A DNA stretch of 64,000 nt from Camelus ferus (GCF_009834535.1 NC_045697.1:12154001-12218000), one strand, 5' to 3'. Counted from the stretch's first letter, positions 12,533-26,870 are shown. Numbers and translations are program-made. The notes: generated from the letters alone by a model not told the origin.

Positions 12533-15073
12533 CAAGGCAGTCTTATTGTTTTATTGCACTTTGCTTTATTGCATTTCGCAGATACTGAATTTTTTACAAA
12601 CTGAAGGTTTGTGGCAACGCTGTGTTGAGCAAGTATATCTGCCATTTTTCCAACAGCATTTATTCACTTTGTATCTCTGTGTCAATTTTAGTAATTCTCA
12701 CAACACTTCAAACTTTTTCATTATTATTATATTTGCTATGGTGATCTGTAATCAGTGATCTTTGACATTACTATTACAATTGTTTTGGGGTGCTAAGAAC
12801 TGTGCCAATATAAGATGGCAAACTTAATAGATGTTGTGTGTGTGTTCTGACTGCTCCACCAACTGGCCTGTCCCCAGCTCTCTCTTCCTCTTGTTGGGCC
12901 TCTCTATTCCCTGAGATACAATAATACTGAAATTAGGCCAATAAATAACCCCACAATGGCCTCTAAGAGTTCAAGTGAAAGGAGTAGTAGCAAGCCTCTC
13001 ACTTTAAATCAAAAGCTAGGAATGATTAAGCTTAGTGAGGAAAGCATACCAAAAGCTGAGACAGACTGAAAGCTAGGCCACTTATGCTAAACAGCCAGGT
13101 TGTGAAAGCAAAGGAAAAGTTCTTGAAGGAAATGAAAACTGCTATGCCAGTGAACACAAAATAAGAAAGCAGAACAGTCTTACCGCTGATATAAATGTTT
13201 TAGTGGTCTGGATAGCCACCCACAACAGTCCCTTAAACCAAAACCTAATTCAGAGCAAGGCCCTAATTCTCTTCAATTCTATGAAAGCTGAGAAAGGTGA
13301 GGAAGCTGCAGAAGAAAAGTTTAAACCTAGCAGAGACTGGTTCATGACATTTAAAGAAGGAAGTCATCTCCATAACATAAAAGTGTAAGGTGAAGCAACA
13401 GTGCCTATTGAGGAGCTGCAGCAAGTTATCCAGAAGATTCACCTAAGATAATTAATGAAAGTGGCCACAGTAAACAACAGATTTTAAATGTAAACAAAAC
13501 AGCCGCATACTGGAAGAAGACACAATCCAGGGCTTTCATAGCTAAGGAGGAAAAAGTCAATGTCTGGCTTCAAAGCTTCAAAAGTCTGACTATCTTATTA
13601 GAGGTTAATGCAGCTGATAATTTGAGGTTGAAACCAATGCTCATTTACCATTCCAAAAATTCTAGGGACCCTAAGGATGATGCTAAATCCACACTATCTC
13701 TGCTCTATAAATGGGATAACAAAGCATGGATGACAACACATCTGTTGACAATATGGTTTGCTGAACGTTTTAAGCCCACTGTTGAGACCTACTGGTCAAA
13801 AAAAAAAAAAAATCCTGTCAAAATGTGACTGCTAATTGACAATGTACCTGTTCATCCAACAGCTCTGCTGGAGATGTACAACAAGATTCATGTTGTTTTC
13901 ATGTCTGCTAACACAACATCCATGGGTTTAGGAGTAATTTCAACTTTCAAGTCTTATTTAAGAAATACATTTCATAAGGTTGTAGTTGTCATAGAAAGTG
14001 ATTCCTCTGACGGATCTGGGCAAAGTAAATTGAAAACTTTCTGGAATGGATTCACCATTCTAGATACTATAAAGAACATGTGTGATTCATGGGAAGAGGT
14101 CAGAACATCTACATTAAAAGGAATTTTGTAGGGAGGGTATAGCTCAGTGGGAGAGCATGTGCTTAGCATGCAAGAGGTCTTGGGTTCGATCCCCAGCACC
14201 TCCATGAAAAAATAAATACATCGAATTACCTCCCGGCTCCAAGAAAAAGTAGAAATAAAATAAACTAAAAAGAAAAAAAAAAGGAATTTTGAAGCAGCTG
14301 ATTCCAACCCTCACAGATGACTTTCAGTGGAAGAAGTAACTGCAGATATGGTGGAAATAGCAAAAGAAATGGAATTAGAGGCAGTACCTTGAAAATGTGA
14401 CTGAACTGTCGCAAACTCATGATAAAATCTTAAAGGATGAGGAATTGCTTCTTATGGATGAGCAAAGAAACTGGTTTCTTGAGATGGAATCTACTCCTGA
14501 GGAAGATACTGTGAAGACCGTTGAAATGACAACAAGGAATTTAGAGTTTCACAATAACTCAGTTAATAAAGCAACGGCAGGTTTTGAGAGGACTGACTCC
14601 AATTTTCAAAGAATTTCTACTGCGGGTAATATGCTAATAAATAGCACTGAATGCTACAGAGAATCTGAAAGAGTCAGTTGATGTGGCAAACATCATTCTC
14701 ATCTTATTTTAAGAAATTACCATAGCCACTACAACCTTCAGCAACTACCACTCTGATCAGTAAGCAGCCATAAATATTTTGAATGCTTATTTTGTATTAG
14801 GATGATCAAGGCAAGACCCTCTACCAGCAAAATGATTATGACTTGCTGAAGGCTCAAGTGATGGTTAACATGTTTTAGCAATAAAATATTTTAAATTAGG
14901 GTATGTACATTGCTTTTTCAGACATAAGGCTATTATTACCACTTAAGAGACTATGCTACAGTGTAAGCATAACTTTTATATGCACTGGGAAACCAAAATA
15001 TTCACTTTATCATATTACTCTCTTTATCGAAGTAGTCTGGAACTAAACCCACAATACCTCTGAGGTATGCCTG
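12533..15073 (+). mobile_element. Near full-length Tigger1 DNA transposon (pogo/TcMar) with decayed transposase
   Basis: Flanked by TA at both ends; right terminus gaggtatgcctg and degenerate left terminus caaggcag. About 2.4 kb once the inserted SINE is removed. ORF fragments 13203-14681 resemble Tigger transposase ([36 protein letters not shown]). Confidence 0.93.
14129..14278 (+). mobile_element. tRNA-derived SINE (vic-1-like, camelid) inserted in Tigger1
   Basis: A-box tagctcagtgg, B-box ggttcgatccc, A-rich tail, and a perfect 13-bp TSD aaaaggaattttg (14116-14128 / 14279-14291). Confidence 0.9.
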
Positions 15074-17060
15074 TACACCTGAAAGTCCTTGCTGTACACA
15101 CTGTGAAGAGTTAATATAACATATAACTACTTACAAAATAGTATTAGATTCTCTAGTTTTAATATAAATAATCATCAATTCATACGAGAAAAATACTCAG
15201 TTTTGAGTTAATACTAAGCCATGAGTCCCTAGTAGGCATAAAGTAAAAGATCAGAATTAAAAAAATAAATGGAATGAGGTATAAGCAATAGGATATTAAA
15301 TTACTTAAATAATTATAATAGTTCTACAATGAAATACTGTGCAGCTATTAAGAATGATGATCCAGAAATTTATATACTCAAATGATGTACTAGTGAAAAA
15401 AACAGTAAACCCAAATGGTAACACTAGTGAATAAAAACAGTGGGCACAAAAAACTATATATACTGTATATACAACTTCAATAAAAGTATAAATGCATCCA
15501 AACACATATTTTAAATTTATATAAAAATGTTAAAGGTCATCTGTGGGTCATGGGACTAGGGGTAATATTTTTCTTTCTGACTCATTTGTATTTTCTAATT
15601 TCCAAAAATGAACATACATTACTTAAATACTAAGAAAAAACTAGTCTAAAAATAAAATATAAAAAATTTATTTCCTTAGGACATTCTGCCCTTTATGTAA
15701 TAAACAACTAATTTCTGAAGAAACATAAATATATACATACTACATAAATAAATAAATGAAAGTGGGGGAAACAAGAGGCTTGCAACTTGTGTTATAAAAG
15801 GCTGTTAAGCATAATGCTGCCTTCTGATACGAATGAAGAGAGCAGGTTAAAAAGGGAAAGTTGAAGAAATATCAAGCATAGGTTAAATTGTTTCATTAGA
15901 TTTTTCTTTTCTTCACTTACATGCTCAGAAAAATAGGTGAAACTATAATTAGTATTGGTTATAAATATATCAGGTAAAATATTTAATTTAGTGTTAAACC
16001 ATGATAAAATAAGAAATGAGTAAAGTTAAGAGATATAAGAAAAAGTTCTCAGCCATAAGAATGATAAAACACTGAAAAGGCACATTTTGGGGTCTCCGTT
16101 CTAAAAGTCATGTTCTGCAGGGATATTATTCATCTGACTGAAGATGGCTGGTTGGGACAAATGATCTCTCCATAATGCTTTCAGCTGTATGATTCATAAC
16201 TCAGTTACCCTGTTCAACATTAATAAAGAATGAGTAGAAAACTACAAACACTCCCACTATCACTATCGCTCACTCAACTCAAAAGACTTATTTATACAAG
16301 AGAGAAGGACTTTTAGAGATATGTTGGGTCTTTGTAGGATGGAAAGTACCAGAGTTTTACAGAAGATAAGAGTTAGTATATAAAATTGACCAGGCATGAG
16401 ACTAAGAAATAATTCTATCAAAATCAAAGTAGAAAAAATACATATACTAGCACTGCCCATTTTGTGAATGAACTGTACTATAAAATTTCAAATGTCTACC
16501 AAAATGTTCTTAGTGCTCTACATTTCCAAGCAAACAATTAAAAAACTAAACTATAGCACAGCAATTATAGCATAGATCAAAATCTCCCTCCAGGATTTAT
16601 GTTAGAATGTTTGGAAGAGGAGGCTATAGTAAATAACAAATAGGGTTATATATAAATATAAAATTCTGAACACACATGGCAGGATTTCTCAGAGTGACAA
16701 TCGGAGGTCTAGGCCACCCATATCATAAGCAACAGGAGATATATATTTACTCGAACCCCTTTAAGTCCTCTTTAAAAAAAAGTTAGGCACTTAATATGTA
16801 AAATAACAAAAATTAAATTTTACCACCAAGCCAAAAACAAGCTTCATTTTTCATTCTGATCAGTGTACTAAAAGTTTTTAAAAGATTATATAACATTATG
16901 TAATCATAGAAATAATATTTGCATCATTTTATTTAAAAATATTTTCTAATTAAATGAGATCACAAATTCATTTTAATATAAAGATAGTATAGAACAACTA
17001 GTTTTTTCATTTGTAAAATGGACAGGTTAAAATTTTTTAATAAAATTTTTTAAAAATTAC

Positions 17061-17126
17061 CTTCAAATAAACTGAGGTCTCTTCGTAGCCGTGGTCCATA
17101 AAGCCCTTCTAAAATACTCTCAAAAC
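17061..17126 (-). CDS. LCORL: LCORL coding exon 2 (66 nt, [22 protein letters not shown])
   Basis: Acceptor ctaacacag|GTTTTG and donor GAAG|gtaatt. Continues exon 1 in frame (phase 1 to phase 1); the peptide matches LCORL. Confidence 0.97.
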
Positions 17127-18639
17127 CTGTGTTAGTAAAGAGAGAAAAGTGTATTAACTACTAAAAAAGCTTAATTTTATAATGATCAAAAAACCATAAA
17201 CTCTACACAAATCAGAAAATTATAAATTTAACATATTATGAGGGGTCATTTTTCCTTTAGTTGAATGAAGCTGAACTAGGCAATGTATACAACATAGTAA
17301 GAAGTCACACAATGACTACCAGGAATTATGATATTGTAAAAAAGGTAAATACTCAAATGTGAATATTCACTACTAAAACAAATAAACATTTTTGTCATTT
17401 AGAAACATCCCCAGGTTAAAATAATGGGCAGATTTGTTTTGCAATGATTTTGGTAAGAGGAGAAGAATAATTAAAAGAGACATGTATTATAATTATTTAC
17501 ACTGGTTACAAAAAATGTTAACTTAAAGTAGCATCTTTAACCTCAGTTACAAAAATGAGTAAATGAGTGTCAATGGAGAGAAATTCTTGCTGTGAAAAAT
17601 ATGATGTTTAAATTTAAACTTACTTGTAAAAATTAAAACAACAATTTCGCCTTGTTTTAAGGACAAACATTACTGAAAATCTTATTAACAAAGCTCTAGT
17701 TCATGAATTACAGAAATGCTTACAGAAGCATTTTACTTTCTGGCTAATTTTACAATTTGCTTTTTGAAGTCTGTATCACATTCAATTTTAAGCAGGTTAT
17801 TGATAAACTACAAGGCATCCAACGAAAAATGACCAGGATGACAAAATAACTGGGATACCAAGAAAAGGAACAAATTTAAGGATGCTTAAATTATGGAGGA
17901 AAAAGAACTAAAGAAAGCATTATAGATCTGAAAAAAAGAAAAATAAAGTAGATTAGTATTCTTAAACTGTAAAACAGTAGAAATACTTCTGTAGAAATGT
18001 TCCATAAATTATAAAATGCTTTTTTAAATGTTTTAAAATCTCTATAATCAAAATGAATATTAAAATCGATGGTGTGTCAAAAAGTGGCAGTATTTTTTCA
18101 TTTACTGTAAGATGAAGGAATAATGCATCTTATAACAAATGATGCCTTAAATTTGACAAAGTAAGGTGCTATCACAGTACATGGTAAATATGTACTTAAT
18201 AAAATCTTGGTAAAATAATTCAAGACGATTTCCCATGAGTAGAAATTTCAAGCAGAAAAATGAATGAACTTCCACCAGAGAATACTTTTTAGAATGCTAC
18301 AGAAGACTTTCACATTGGATAAAAATTCAGAATGAATGAGCCCCAAATCTCTACTAGTAAGATACTCTATTCTGCTATGATCAATTTACTTCAAAAATAA
18401 TATTGCAAACCACTATTTTAGGATGTTATTCTCTGGTATTTTGGACAAAATGTATAGCCTCTCCCTACATAAGTATACTGAATTTAAACAATGTACATTT
18501 CCTAGACTTAAGCTTGAAAGAAAGAGCCTTAAAGCCTTAAGAAGAAAGCAAGTAAGGACTTATATTTTTATTCTATCGGGTTTCTCAACTCTTCAGTAGG
18601 TAAGACCACGGTATATATATATAGATATAGATAGCCTGT

Positions 18640-21600
18640 AAAGATTTATTCATACTGCATAGTGTTGGTGCTATTATAAATATCTTTAAAGTTCTGTTTC
18701 TTGTACGCTTGTAGAAGCACAATTAATGTTTGTAAACAGACTTTGTATCTAAACATTCTGAACTCTGTAACTATAACAATTTATCTGAAAATGCTCTACA
18801 TACACAAATATATCATCTATACATAATCGTAGTTTTGTTTTTTCCTTTCCAATCCTTATTGCTTTCTTTTTTCCTGTTCTTGCCATATTGCTTTAGCTAG
18901 GACCTCCATTATAATGTTGAAAATTAGTGGTGATAGTGAGCATCCTTGACTTATACCCAATGTAAATGGGAAAGCATTCCAATTTTCATCATTAAATATG
19001 TTTGCTGTATTCTTTAAGATAAATACTACTTATCACATTAAGAAGTTCCTTCTATGTCTAGCTTGCTGGAAGTTGGGGGGCTGGGGGCCCTGCCATGAAA
19101 AGACCTTGAATTTTTACCAAATCAATCAATCAATCAATCAATCTACTTACAATACTATGTTTAAGGCATACAACACAGTAATTCAATATATTTTATAGAC
19201 TATACTCTATGTAAAGCTATTATAAAATACTGACCATACTTCCTGTACTGTAGATGACATCCTTGTAATTTTTTTTAAATTTTATACCTAGTAGTTTGTA
19301 CCTCTCAATCCCCTTCACTTATTTTACCCTTCTTCCCTCTGGTAACTACTAGTTTCTTCTCTGTATCTTGAGTCTGTTTGTTTTGTTATATTTGTTTACT
19401 TGTTTAATTTTTTAGATTTCATTTATAAGTGAAAACATACAGTATTTGTCTTGCTCTGTCTGACTTATTTCATGAAGCATAATACCTTCCAGGCCCATCC
19501 ATGTTGTTACAAGTGGCAAAATTTCATTATTTCTTGTGGTTGAGTACCAAATTTACTTTGAATCTATTGAAATAACCTTGTCATTTTTCTGTCTTACATC
19601 TCTTAATATGGAGAATTACACTGAATATTAAACCAATCTTCCTCCATTCCTGGGAAAACCCAATATTATCATGAGATATATCTGCTAGGTTTCCTGTCCT
19701 GATTATTCCTTTCATATGTCTGCGTCAATGTTCACCAATGAGACTGATCTATAAATTTCCTTTGTACTTGGTCAAGCTTTGACATCAATGTTATGTACTC
19801 TCATATGAGTGGAAATGTTCTTTCTTTTTCCACTCCCTGGGAAAAAATTAGGAAATGTAAGATGCCATGTTTGAACAGTTAAAAAAACATGTAAGGGATG
19901 TCAACTGGGAATAGTCTTTCTGAAGTACTTAATGATCAAGTTTATTTAACCGTCAAAGGACTACTCATACATTCTATTTCTCACATTAGTTATAGTTTTC
20001 TGGGAACCTGCCCATTTCAACTATATTTTCTAATTTATTTGCATAAAATGTTTCTTCATATCTTATATCTATCTAATGTCAACAGCCCTGCAGTCATGTC
20101 CTCTTTGCTTCTCATTCTACACTTCATTTATTTCTCTTTTTTCTCGGTCAAGCTCATTAGAAGTTTCTCATTTTTTTAGATCTAAAAAGAATTCTTTTTT
20201 TGATTCCTTGATCTTCTCTACTATATGTTTGTTTTCTTAGCCATTAAATTCCTGTGCCTGTTTTTATTTCTTCCTGTCATCTATTTAGTGTTTATTTTGC
20301 TCTTATATTTTTCCTTCCTGCAATGGATTTGCAGCTTATTAACTTTCAGCCTTTCTTATTCTCTGACATACGCATTTAAAGTTATCAGTTTCTATCTATG
20401 TACTCCTTTAAGCTGCTTTCCACAACTTTTGATGTGTCATTATTTTCTCATCATTGAGTCAAAATATTTCCTAATTTCCATTATGACTTCTTTTTGGATT
20501 CATGTTTTTTAGAAGCATATTTCTTAATTTCCAAATATATATGGATAGTCTACCCTTTTTACAGATTTCTACACTGTAATCAAAGAAAATGCCCAACATC
20601 ATTCCAATCCTTTGAAATTTTCTGTCTTTATAGTTGATATAAACAATTTTTGAAACTTCTCTACATATACTTAAAAAGAATATGTACTCTAAAATTGTTG
20701 GATGCAACATTCTATATTTGTTCATTAGGTTAACATGTTATTTGTGTTCTTTAATCATCCTTACTCATTTTTGTTTTTTAATGTTTGTTTTTTCTATGAA
20801 GTGTTGAGATAAAGTATGCAAAATCTCCTATAAAACTGTGGCTTTGTCTACTGCTCTTTAAAATTTTGTTTTGTAAGTTTTTGAGGCTATATTATCAAGT
20901 CCTTCTAATTGTTTTATCTTCCTGGTGAACAGAACTTTATATAATTATGAAGTGACCCATTTTATTTCTAGGAATGATTTTTGTATTCAACTATATGGTC
21001 TAATATTACACAGCTATAACACAATTTTGGTTACTGTTTCCATAAGGTCATTTTCAGTTATTTCTCTATAACCTTTCTGTATTATTAAATAACATGGAAT
21101 TTCTTTTTTAAAACACTACAACATTTCGTCAGAATTTAGTAATTTAAATTTAGAAGTTTATATTTGGGTTTAAATTCCTTATCTACTTTTGTTCTATTTG
21201 TATCCAGCTTCTATTTTTCTCCTTTCTTTCAAATTTTGAAATTGACTGAGTATTTTTCATTCAATTTTGTTTCTCCTTTATCAGTATGAAAATTAAGCCT
21301 TCTATCTCTATTCTTTTCGAGGTTCTCCCAGAAATTAGGGTATAAGTCTAAAATTAATCAAAATCTTTTCTCATCCTTCCAGGACTTAGATTTCCTTCTT
21401 ATTTGTTATTACTTCATGTACTTCACTAAACATTATGTTCTTTTATGTTTGCACACATATTTACTGTCATTGCTCTTCATTCCTTATCATATCTCAGAGC
21501 ATTCATCTAGGAATACTTTCCTTCTGCCCCAAGGTACCTCCTTTAGTGAACATCTGTTGATGTTAACATCCTTCATTAGAATCCAATCAAAAGTATCCAA

Positions 21601-23750
21601 GTTGTTCTTACAATGCTTACATGCTGCTCTCTCTCCTGTATTTTATACATCCTTCTCTTTACTTAGCTGCATTTTGCTTAATTTCTCCTACTACATATAT
21701 TCCACTTCACAAACTTCCTCTATTGCACAGTCAGCTGACAAACATGTACTCTGATTTTTTTTTACAGTCAATTTTATAGAGATACAATTGTCATACAATA
21801 GTATATGCCAATTTTAAAAAAGTTTAATAAATTTTGACAAAGCATACATTTAACATAATCCAAACATAGACTATTCCTATTAATTGAAATGGTACCCTTG
21901 TGCTGTTTTGAATAAGCTGTCTGAAAGAACCCCAAACCCAAAGAAACACTAATCTATTTTCTGTCATTATAAATTAGACTTGTCTTTTCTATAGTTGCAC
22001 ATAAATGGAATCAGAGCATGTACTCTTTTGTGTCTAGCTTCTTTTACTCAGCAACCTATCATGAAGATTGCATGCATCAGTACTTTTAACTGCTGAGGTG
22101 TATTCCCTTATATGGATATAGGACAACCTGCTTATCAATTTTCATGCTGATGAACATTTGGGTTCTTTAAAATGCGTGACTATTATAAATAAAGTTGATG
22201 TGTACATGCATACCAACTCTTTGTGAATATATGTAATCATTTCTCTTAAATAAATATCTAAGAGTGTTATCGTTGAGTTGAGTGGTAAAATTGTTTTGGC
22301 TTGTTGTTGATATTTTAAGGAATTGAACGTTGTTTTGCAATATGGATATACTCTTTTACATTCCCACCAGTAATATGTGAGAGATCCAGTTGCACCACAG
22401 ACTTACCAACATATGGCAATGTCAATCTTTTTAACTTTAGTCACTCTAATGAATATACATGTATGGGTATATCATAGAGGTTGTAACATGCAGTTTCTTG
22501 ATGACTAATGATTTTAAGCATCCTTTCTACTGAAATGTCTTTGTTAAGGTAACAAGGTTATGTTTGCCTCATAAAGCAAACTGGGAACTAAACCATCCTT
22601 CTCTGTTTTCTGAGTTTGTGTATTACAATATTTATTCATTAACTGTAAACCAGACCCCTGGAGTTTTCTTTATGGTTAAGGTTTTAAATTATGAATCCAA
22701 GTTTTTTTAGGTCAATATAAAACTGTTCAAGTTATCTATTTCTTAATTGATCAGTTTTGGCAATTTGTATTTAAGTTATAGTATTTATTCGCATAAAACT
22801 GTTCAAAGATTTTTCTTATTACCTTTTTAATGTTTGTACAATCTGCAGTGATATCCCTTTCATTTCCAATATCAGCTTAATTATCTCCTCTACTTTACTG
22901 ATCACTCTGGCCAAAATGTTAGCAATTTTATTGATTTTTTCCTCCAAAAGACCACTTATAGTTTCAATCATTTTACTGTCTACCCTTTTCTACATTTTTG
23001 ATTTCTGCATTACCTTTAATACATTCTTCCTTCTAACCATTTTTATTTTATTTGCACTTATTTTTCTAAGTTTTTGAGGTGAAAGTTCACATTGATATGT
23101 GACCTTTGTCATTTTCTAATAAAAGCACTCAAAGCTATAAATTTTTCCCTATTCACTCCTTTAGCGCCATCTCATAAATTCTGATAAGTTGTCTCTTCAT
23201 TTTCATCAGTTTGATATGGTTCTTAATTTCCCTTATGATGCCTTGTTTTACATGTAAGTTATAAATGTACTGTTTAATTTCCAAATATTTGGGAATTTTC
23301 CAGAAATGCTACTGAATTCCAGCTGAATTCCTTGTGATCATAAAACACATTTTGCAAGATTACAACCATTTTAAATTTACTGAGATTTGACTTGCAGGTA
23401 GCATCTGATCTATATTGGTGAATATTCCATATACATTTGAAAAGAACATGTATCTGCAGTTATTGGAATTATTTAGGCCTACTTGATTGAAAGCGTTCTT
23501 CTACACTTCTACTAACTTTCTATATTAACTTTGTCCTTTAAGTTCCGTCAGTTTTTGCTTCATGTATTTCAAATCTCTGGTATTAGGTACACATATACTT
23601 TTATATTATGGCTCCTTTGTGGATTGATCTCATCATCATTAAAAAATGCTCCTCTTTATCGTTGTTCCAAAGTCCTATTTCTTGGTCTGAAGTTTACTAT
23701 ATCTGATGTTATATCAGACACACTAACTTTCTTATGACTACCACTTTTGT
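18640..23750 (-). mobile_element. Cluster of old L1 fragments, with nested L1 3' ends at ~19170-19545 and ~21760-22530
   Basis: T-rich antisense L1 ORF2 and 3'UTR text throughout (e.g. gctaggacctccattataatgttga; ataagtgaaaacatacagtatttgtc; cattcccaccagtaatatgtgagag). Confidence 0.8.
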
Positions 23751-23754
23751 TACA

Positions 23755-25771
23755 CAGTTGACCCTCAAACAGCACAGAGTTGAACTGCATGGGTCCATTT
23801 ATATTGTTTTCATTGGTAAATACTATAGAACTACAAAATCTGCTGGTGGTTAAATCCACGGATGCTGAACCACAGATATGGAGGAACCACAGACACAGAG
23901 GGCCAACTGTAAATTTTCTTTTTTTTCTAGTTTCTTTGATCAATTTCTTTTTCTCCTTTTTCAGTTTTATTAGGTAGAATTACTACAGTTTGGCTGCACA
24001 TACACAATACATTGCATGTAAATACATACATACAGTATACTACACATTTTAAATTTACATATATGTGCTAATTATTGTTTCTAAGAACAGATTAGATCTT
24101 TAGCTTTTTAAACTTACATAGTTATCAAAGGAATAAAGCCAACTACAAAATAAGAATCAACAGAATGTGGTAATCCAATCATAAAGAACAGTCAAATGTG
24201 CTTGCACATATTCAAGAAATCAATCATCTTAGTTACAAATAGTAAGTAGTTCATTTGTGTCCTTATTATTATTATTTTTTTAGATTCCTCATACAAATGA
24301 TGTCATATGACATTTTTCTTTCTCTTTCTGGCCCACTTCCCTTAGAATGATCATCTTCAGGTCCATCCATATTGCTGCAATTATTTTCTTCTTTTTTATG
24401 GCTAAGTAGTGTTCCAATGTATATATGTACCACATCTTCTTTATCCAGTCATTTGTTGATGGGCATTTGGGTTGTTTCCATGTCTTGGCTATCATAAATT
24501 GTGCTGCTATGAACACTGGGGTGCATGTGTCTTTTTGAATTTTATTTTTCTCCAGATATATGCCCAGGAATGGGATTGCTGGATCACATGTTAAGTCTAT
24601 TTTCAGTTTTTTAAGTAATCTCCACACTGTCCTCCATTTTCTTGGATTGGAAGAATCAATATTGTTAAAATGACCATACTGCCCAAGGCAATTTACAGAT
24701 TCAGTGTAGTCCCTATCAAGTTACCAACGACATTCTTCACAGAGCTGGAATAAAAAATGTTAAAATTTGTATGGAAACTCAAAAGACCCAGAATAGCCAA
24801 AACAATCTTCAAAAAGAAGAATGGAGCTGGGGGAATCATGCTCCCTGACTTCAGACAGTAATCAAAACCGTATGGTACTGGCACAAAAACAGACACAGAG
24901 ATCAATGGAACAGGATAGAAAGTCCAGAAATAAACCCACACATATATGGTCAATCTACCACAAAGGAGGCAAGAATAAACAATGGAGAAAAGACAGTCTC
25001 TTCACCAGGTGGTGCTGGGAAAACTAGACAGTTACCAGTAAAAGACTGAAATTAGAACATTCTCTAACACTATGTACAAAAATATACTCAAAATGGATTA
25101 AAGACCTAAATTTAAGACCAGATACTATAAAACTCCTAGAGGAAAACACAGGTAGAACGCTCGCAGACATACATTACAGCAATATATGTTTTGAGCCAGC
25201 TCCTGGAATATTGGAAATAAAAGCAAAAATAAACAAATAGGATCTAATTAAACTTAAAAGCTTTTGCACAGCTAAGGATACCATCAACAAAATGAATAGA
25301 CAACCTACAGAATGGGAGAAAGTATTTGCAAGTGATGTGACTGATAAGGGACTAATTTCCAAAATATACAGTATACATATAAGCTCATATACCTTAATAT
25401 CAAAGAAACAAGCAACCCAATAAAAATGGGCAAAAGACCTAAACAACCAATTCTCCAGTGAAGACATACAAATGGCCAATAGGCATATGAAAAAATGCTC
25501 GGCATCGCTAATTGTCAGAGAAATACAGATCAAAACTACAATGAGATATCACCTCACACCAGCCAGAATGGCCATCATAGAAAAATCTACAAATGATAGA
25601 TGCTTGAGAGGGTGTGGAGAAAGGGGAACCCTCCTACACTGTTGGTGGGAGTGTAGACTGGTGCAGCCACTATGGAGGACAGTATGGAGGGCCAACTATA
25701 AGTTATACTTGGATTTTCAGCAGTGTAGAGAGTCAACACCCCCAACCCACTCATTGTTTAAGGGTCAATGG
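23755..25771. mobile_element. Tigger2-derived non-autonomous element split by an L1 insertion (arms 23755-23912 and 25687-25771)
   Basis: Terminal inverted repeats cagttgaccctcaaaca... / ...tgtttaagggtcaatg; internal MER2/MER8-like motif tccacggatgctgaacc...gagggccaactgta. Confidence 0.8.
23913..25686 (-). mobile_element. 5'-truncated, 5'-inverted L1 (minus segment 24248-24636, inverted segment 24637-25686, non-L1 3' part 23913-24247)
   Basis: ORF2 C-terminal peptides on opposite strands (24289..24627 minus; 25472.. plus). 15-bp TSD gagggccaactRtaa at 23898-23912 and 25687-25701. Confidence 0.88.
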
Positions 25772-26372
25772 TATGTCTTTTTCCATCCTTTAACTTTTAA
25801 CCTATTTATGTCTTTATATTTACATTGAGCTTCTTATAGAAAACACATAGTTGAATCTTTCACCTTTATCCAGTGTAAATCTCTGCTTTTTAAATGAAGT
25901 GTTTAGATAACATTTAATGTAATTAACAGTATGACTGGGTTTATATCTACTATCTTATTTGTTTTCTGTTTGTCCCATAAGAGGGAGAAGTTCATTCCCT
26001 GACTTGTTGATTTCAGTAATTTTAACAACTTTTACAATGTTCTTTTAAAATATTTAACATCTTTTTTTACAGCTCCCCAGTCCTTGCAGATATTTAGGTC
26101 TGTAATTTCTTTAAGTATGGTAAGTACAGTCATTTAAAAAATCAGTATCTGATCATTCCAATATTATATGTTGTATGGGTCTATTCTGCTATCTAATGGT
26201 TTCTACTCATCTTGCCTTGCTTCTTTCTGCAGTTAATGCAGTACTTACTGGCTTTGCTCCCAAAAGATTAAAAACTCCCTAATGCCTAGGATGGATGTAC
26301 CCTCTTCCTCCAAAGATGCTTATCATTTGTTTCCAGAAAACATCTAAGGGCACTGTCAATTAGAAATCATCT

Positions 26373-26868
26373 TGTGATAAGTAGAATAATGAAAGGCTCC
26401 ACAGAGATGTCCATGTTCCAAAACTCATTATCCATGAATAAATTATGTTACATGGCAAGGAGGAATTAAGGTTGCAGGTATTATTAAGGTACCTAATCAC
26501 TGACCTTAAGATAAGATTAACCTGGTAGACCCAATATAATCATAAGGATTTTTAAATTGGGAACAGGGAGGCAGAAGAGTCAGAATGAGAGATGGCATCA
26601 GGAGAATGACTAACCACCACTTTGAAGATGGAAAGGGACAACAATACATGGAAAGTAGGCAACCTTTAAAAGCTGGAAAACACAAGACAATGGATTCTGC
26701 CCTAGAGCCTTCATAAAGAAGCACAGCCCTGTCAACAACTTGATTTTAGCCCATCGGAAGCCCATCTCAGACTCTGACCTCCAGAATGGTAAGCTAATAT
26801 ATTAGTGTGGTCTTAAGCCACTAAATTTGTGTTAATTTGCTACAAGAGAAGTAGGAAACTAATATACA
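26373..26868 (+). mobile_element. MaLR solo LTR (MLT1D-like)
   Basis: TG...CA termini; catggcaaggaggaattaaggttgcagg; ttaagccactaaatttgtgttaatttgctaca...ggaaactaatataca. Confidence 0.85.
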
Positions 26869-26870
26869 CT

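Noticed and set aside
14131..14205. tRNA-like sequence with A and B boxes
   Set aside because: Has a SINE body, A-tail and TSDs and recurs as diverged copies, so it is a SINE rather than a tRNA gene.
13203..14681. Transposase-like ORFs as a domesticated TIGD-type gene
   Set aside because: Broken by multiple stops and frameshifts and by a SINE insertion; a decayed Tigger1.
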